Below, in pieces: positions 58,837-64,000 of a DNA stretch of 64,000 nt. The first letter of the stretch is position 1; each line of letters starts with the position of its first letter. Origin of the DNA: Nemertoderma westbladi. Its lineage: Eukaryota > Animalia > Xenacoelomorpha. The position numbers were made by a program, and so were the translations under genes. The notes beneath the pieces are model-generated. The model was not told where the DNA came from and made no database searches. It saw only the letters and a program-made list of their open reading frames with translations. Location of the stretch: assembly GCA_032718475.1 (NCBI GenBank), contig JAUCBJ010006760.1:59505-123504 (forward strand). The letters run 5' to 3'.

Positions 58837-59637
58837 ATGGGTAAAGAAGAGGAGAGAGACGAATTTCGGGAAGCCGGTTGGTCCAGTTTGGAGGGTGTGG
58901 AACGGGACGCGGCCCTGGACATATACACGGCACTATCTGCTGGTTACAATAAACACGAGTACGATAACGAATTCGCTACTCAAAGCGCCACAAACATAAT
59001 GCGATGGGTCAAGAACAGAAAGAGTAAGATGGAAGAATTCAATATAACACAGTTTAGTTCGGAATCATATATTGATTACCTTATAGATGTTTGTCATGAG
59101 AACAAAAATCAAAAAGTTATAGATTTGGGTTGCGGTCCTGGATGCGTTGGTTATATGTTGGGAGTGTACGGTTTTATTGGCGGCCTTCACGGGATGGATG
59201 GCAGCTCTGGAATGGTGGAACAAGCGGGAAGGAAGTCGATATACAACAAGACTTGGGTCGGTATATTCGATTACAATTACGGCGGAGTAGAAGAAGACAC
59301 GTACGATATGGTATCGCTAAGCGCGTCGTTTGTTTACGGTTGTATAGATTGGAAGGCGCTACCTCTTTTAGTTAAAATAACCAAACCAGGCGGCTGGGTT
59401 TCGATTGTATCCCCAGCTTGGGACATGCTGATGGAAACGCCCCAAGGGACTTTGGAGGGTCATCTACAAGTTCATGTTGACAACGGTAACTGGATACAAC
59501 TCGAGAGGAAACAGATAGGAAGTGGGGAGGCAGCTACCCTTAGTTATTTGTACGAAGTGAGAGTATCGGAGCCCAGTTACCAAGGTGTGGGGGATATTGA
59601 GAACTCAGAATCTATACCGCATGGTGGACCAAAATAA
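58837..59637 (+). CDS. Class I SAM-dependent methyltransferase, METTL27/WBSCR27-like, intronless
   Basis: Motif I VIDLGCGPGCVG; LHGMDGSSGM; DTYDMV; LVKITKPGGWV; first ATG at 58837. Confidence 0.8.
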   Translation: MGKEEERDEFREAGWSSLEGVERDAALDIYTALSAGYNKHEYDNEFATQSATNIMRWVKNRKSKMEEFNITQFSSESYIDYLIDVCHENKNQKVIDLGCGPGCVGYMLGVYGFIGGLHGMDGSSGMVEQAGRKSIYNKTWVGIFDYNYGGVEEDTYDMVSLSASFVYGCIDWKALPLLVKITKPGGWVSIVSPAWDMLMETPQGTLEGHLQVHVDNGNWIQLERKQIGSGEAATLSYLYEVRVSEPSYQGVGDIENSESIPHGGPK

Positions 59638-59849
59638 ACATCGTTGAAAAAACGAGGAACTTAAATTAACTGAAATTAAAAAATTATGATACAGTTAGAA
59701 ATATTAGCTCATAAACGATTGAATATTATATTTTTTATTCATCCATACATATTTAGAATATATTTGTTCAGACCACTTTTGTATTTTATGTAATTCTGAC
59801 AATAAGCATATAAAAGAGGACAATTACAGGACCGGTATGTATCTCACGC

Positions 59850-60545
59850 TTGACAATTATTTGTCAAATGAGGGACAATTATTTGTCACTAGGTTGACAT
59901 TTATTTGTCAAATGAGTGACAATTATTTGTCACTAGGTTGAAAATTATTTGTCAAATGAGTGACAATTATTTGTCACTAGGTTGAAAATTATTTGTCAAA
60001 TGAGTGACAATTATTTGTCACTAGGTTAAAAATTATTTGTCAAGTGAGTGACAATTATTTGTCACTAGGTTGAAAATTATTTGTCAAATGAGTGACAATT
60101 ATTTGTCACTAGGTTGACAATTATTTGTCACTAGGTTGACAATTATTTGTCAAATGAGTGACAATTATTTGTCACTAGGTTGAAAATTATTTGTCAAATG
60201 AGTGACAATTATTTGTCACTAGGTTTAAAATTATTTGTCAAATGAGTGACAATTATTTGTCACTAGGTTGAAGATTATTTGTCAAATGAGTGACAATTAT
60301 TTGTCACTAGGTTGAAAATTATTTGTCAAATGAGTGACAATTATTTGTCACTAGGTTGACAATTATTTGTCACTAGGTTGACAATTATTTGTCACTAGGT
60401 TGACAATTATTTGTCACTAGGTTGACAATTATTTGTCAAATGAGTGACAATTATTTGTCACTAGGTTGATAATTATTTGTCAAAGGAGTGACAATTATTT
60501 GTCACTAGGTTGAAAATTATTTGTCAAAGGAGTGACAATTACTTG
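59850..60545. repeat. Minisatellite of ~21-bp units with near-palindromic core tgacaattatttgtca
   Basis: Alternating linkers ctaggt and aatgag give a ~42-bp higher-order unit. Confidence 0.95.
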
Positions 60546-61527
60546 CCACCAGATTAACAATGATGTGTCACATGAATGACAATTATTACCCATACGGGCA
60601 TTTAGAAGGCGTCCCAGGTAGAGTTGTAGCTGTTCGATCCTGACTTACAGTTTCTGCTAACGAAGGCCCTACACATTATTTTTTTTCTTATGCTATGTAT
60701 ATATCTTAATTATTATCCCATGTAGGTGAATCTATAAATGTATATTATGCAACTTATATACTGTATTCCATGTATGACAATTATATCAATTAAATCAGGG
60801 TAACCCATTTGGATATTTTAGAGAGATGAAAATATTTAATAACTTTACCGTACAGAATATTTAATGCAAGAGTTTTAAGATTTTACACCGAAATTATAAA
60901 ATATGAATTTACCGTAAAAATTACTATTTAAATTCAATTGAACGAATGAAAAAGTTAATTCAAAACTGTGGAAAAATCATTATAATTAAATGCCAATTAG
61001 TATTTAGTTCTGGTTGACCCCTTATACTGCACAGCTCATACTAACTACCCATACTAACTACTAACTACCCATACTTTATTCTGCACATGCTAATTACTGT
61101 ATAACTTGACTAATTACAGTAACAGGCGCGTATGCTACCCTGTAGTGCTAATTAACACAATGTAGGTACGGTATAATCGAACTAAATATCAATCTACTGT
61201 ACAATTAATAGACAAACTTTGTCATAGACTCAATATTGGCGAGTTCAATGTTAACCGTATAATATAATTACCATACTCCCCCGCCGTTGAACGACGCAAA
61301 TATGTACTTACTGTAAAACGATCAGGGGGGTAAAGCCGAATGTTGAATTGAATAGGGTTGGTGCGCGAAAAACATTTAACAAAACATTTAACAATTTTTG
61401 TTGTTACAGTAATTCGTGTCATTAGGGTAGGGGCTAAATGCCATCACGGTCAATGAGGGAGATGGTCTACATACAAATTTGTGACAAAACGGCTGTAATG
61501 CACTTGTGGGGAGCGGAAATGCCCCCA

Positions 61528-61697
61528 AGGACAATTGCCTCCGGACAATTACCCCCCGGACAATTGACCCCCACAATTACACTTACCCACCAAACAATAA
61601 ATTGGCCTCAAGGAAAATTGCAAAATAAATATATTTATTTTATATTTATTACTTTATATTCACATATGGCAATTGTTCGGGGGGCAATAATTGTCCA
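61528..61697. mobile_element. Small MITE-like relic with ggacaatt subterminal repeats
   Basis: Three ggacaatt.ccc units on the left; inverted ggcaattgttc / aattgtcc units on the right. Confidence 0.45.
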
Positions 61698-61887
61698 CGG
61701 CCTGACGGCCGCATTTACGATTTATATAATAAAGAATACGTAAAATCAACATATATTTTTTTAATTTATAAACAATATCAATAGACATCAATAATCAACA
61801 AGACAACAATCAATAGACATTGAACTCATAATTCCATTAACAAATATTGCAAAAAAAATTTCAATTAATTTGAAAAAGGGTTAGAAT

Positions 61888-62163
61888 GGCCCATGTGAAG
61901 AATACCAGACTTTCTGCCGTTATATTTCACTTTGCAGTTACCCCCATGTAAGAATACCAGGTTTTCACTAAAAACACAGGTTACAGAAGGGTTGAATATA
62001 ACCAAAACAATAAACGAATTAGTATATGTACAGGTTATAAGACAGAAATAAGCGCTATAAAACAATTAATAAAGATGAATTTACAAATATTAAAAATCTT
62101 CATATATAAAATTCCAATAAAAAGTTGACCGAAAAGTGAAAACCTGGTATTCTTCACATGGGC
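61888..62163. mobile_element. Short inverted MITE derivative of the 42972-44135 element
   Basis: Same TIR; 61888-62065 is the reverse complement of ~43955-44135; 9-bp flanking repeat GGTTAGAAT. Confidence 0.75.
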
Positions 62164-63424
62164 GGTTAGAATAAATAATCCATAAACATTCATTGACTCT
62201 GAAATGTGTATTCCGTAGTAATCAGTCTCTCTATACATTATAATCCAATCTTTTACGCAACTAGTAGAATTGCACTAAATCCAATCGGTGGAATGGATAC
62301 TCAAATGTGGGCAGTTCGAGTCAACGAAAGCGGTTGGGATATTATGTATGATAACTCGCGGAGGGAGCCCGAATGGCAATCTCGTGTCTCTACGCTGAAT
62401 GCTTTCTAGTACAGTAAGCTAGTTTAACCAACTCTATTAGGCAACCAAATATCGTTCAGTCGTTTCTACATAACAGCGCTTTGCTGCAATACATCAGCGA
62501 CTACGTCACCACTAGTTCCAGTATCATTGTTAGAATTTTGTCGAATCACGCAAGTAGTAGGAGAAGCATAGCCCTCGCCATACTCCTCCCTAGCCTGGGC
62601 TACGGGCCACATCTCGGAGGCAATTAAAAAATGCCAAATTCCGGTGCTAAATTGTGGTGTTTAATGACCATCTGTCACCAACAGTATTCTTGCCTTCAAC
62701 CAATCGTTGCTTATCACCTACGCGTAGCCTAACCTCACGATGCCTACCTTACTCGACAACTGTTACCACCCGCGAGTATTGATTCGCGTCGTTGCATCAA
62801 CCAACCATCGCATATTCATCTTCGCGTAACCTAACTTCTCATCGCATGGCTAGCCCCACACTACCCTATTATATCGAATCGATTGCCAACTCACCACCAC
62901 CACCACGGCTGTCGCCAAACCAACCAACCGAGCGGCCTGCCTACCCCAACGCTATTATGATACGTGTTGAAATTCCGCCACGTTCTAGCTACACGTATAC
63001 GAACATTTCCATAGTTATTTCCTATCCATGCAACCAACCACTGTATACTGTATATGCAGACAACGTGGCCACCAACTACACGCATCACGCATATATTATA
63101 TTGATTGCCAACTCCACAACTGCTGTCGCCAAATCAACAAACCAAGCAGTATGATACATGAGATTCCGTCACGTTCTAGCTACGCGTATACGAGCATTAA
63201 GGATTATTACGCAATAATTTTTTTTGTTTATACAGTAGTTACCCACCAGCTAATCAACCAATCAATAAACCGAATTTAGACTATTTTCCAGTTTAAGACC
63301 TGTATTATTTTTGAAAATATCTTATATATAATCTCTTGCTTTAATCGCAATTAATCATTTGTAATGGTTTTAGTTTAAAAGTTTTTACTTTGTTTGTTTG
63401 ATTTACAATAAAATAAATTAAATA

Positions 63425-63871
63425 ATGTCTTCTGATTCCGATATGGTTATGCCAATAGTAAGGCATTCATTTTTTGCAGAAGATGGTCAAGCCTATATTG
63501 TTATTGATTATACAATTTACCGTCAGGGAGATGATAAATATAAAATTGAGTTTTCTGAAAAAGCCAGGAAAGTTTTAAGCTCAATCGATATTGATGCTTC
63601 AGATAATAGTATTCATCTTTTAGATTACAACCTGAAAGCTGGGCATGGGGGAGGAAAATTAAGCAACATTTTACTATTAGCCATGATAGAAGGATTTATT
63701 TTTATTACACAATACAACGAAGCTGGTGAAAAGTTTGAAATACGGCTAAATCGGCATAGCCCCTACGAAATTATGTCTTTCTTTATTGTAATGATTTCAA
63801 AAGAATCCTTTATCGAACCTGAAGAATCAGCGGATAATGTTGAATATGTTGATAATATCATTGATTCTTGA
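63425..63871 (+). CDS. Hypothetical 148-aa protein
   Basis: ATG-initiated ORF with protein-like composition between very AT-rich flanks; no family recognised. Confidence 0.45.
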   Translation: MSSDSDMVMPIVRHSFFAEDGQAYIVIDYTIYRQGDDKYKIEFSEKARKVLSSIDIDASDNSIHLLDYNLKAGHGGGKLSNILLLAMIEGFIFITQYNEAGEKFEIRLNRHSPYEIMSFFIVMISKESFIEPEESADNVEYVDNIIDS

Positions 63872-63972
63872 CTATTCCCTCTATATTATAAATATTTTAT
63901 GATTATATATAAAATTTTGTTGTTTTTAAATAATCGAAAATTGTAGTAGTATTTGTATATACAGTATAACAG

Positions 63973-64000
63973 TGTAAAAGCTTTTGTGGGATAACTGATA
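63973..64000 (+). mobile_element. Start of a third LTR of the same BEL family, cut by window edge
   Basis: tgtaaaagcttttgtgggataactg matches element 2 LTR start tgtaaaagcttctgtgggatataactg and element 1 tgtaaaagcttttgcg. Confidence 0.7.

Noticed and set aside
59850-60545. CRISPR-like repeat array
   Set aside because: Linkers are about 6 nt and of only two recurring types; this is a minisatellite.

Overview
AT-rich metazoan (probably invertebrate) genomic DNA dominated by transposable elements. It holds two related BEL/Pao LTR retrotransposons. Element 1 (12158-29897, minus strand, TSD GCATA) is a near-intact 17.7-kb copy with gag-pol plus a large downstream zinc-knuckle accessory ORF. Element 2 (45594-57456, plus strand, TSD ACCTC) is an 11.9-kb deletion derivative keeping Gag and protease. 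A third LTR of the family begins at 63973. Also present: a CR1/L2-group (Crack/Daphne-like) LINE with a 2A peptide and PHD finger, a tRNA-derived SINE sharing that LINE's 3' stem-loop, several MITE/DNA-transposon relics, palindromic minisatellites, and intronless host genes (SNX17, a METTL27-like methyltransferase, two orphan ORFs). Main result: neither BEL element has a tRNA primer-binding site. In each, the 11 nt directly after the 5' LTR are the exact reverse complement of an 11-nt segment inside its own LTR, with two compensatory changes between the elements and a co-varying U5-leader stem. This is the geometry of Tf1-type self-primed reverse transcription, which I know only from Gypsy-type Tf1/sushi elements, not BEL/Pao. 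All alignments were done by eye.
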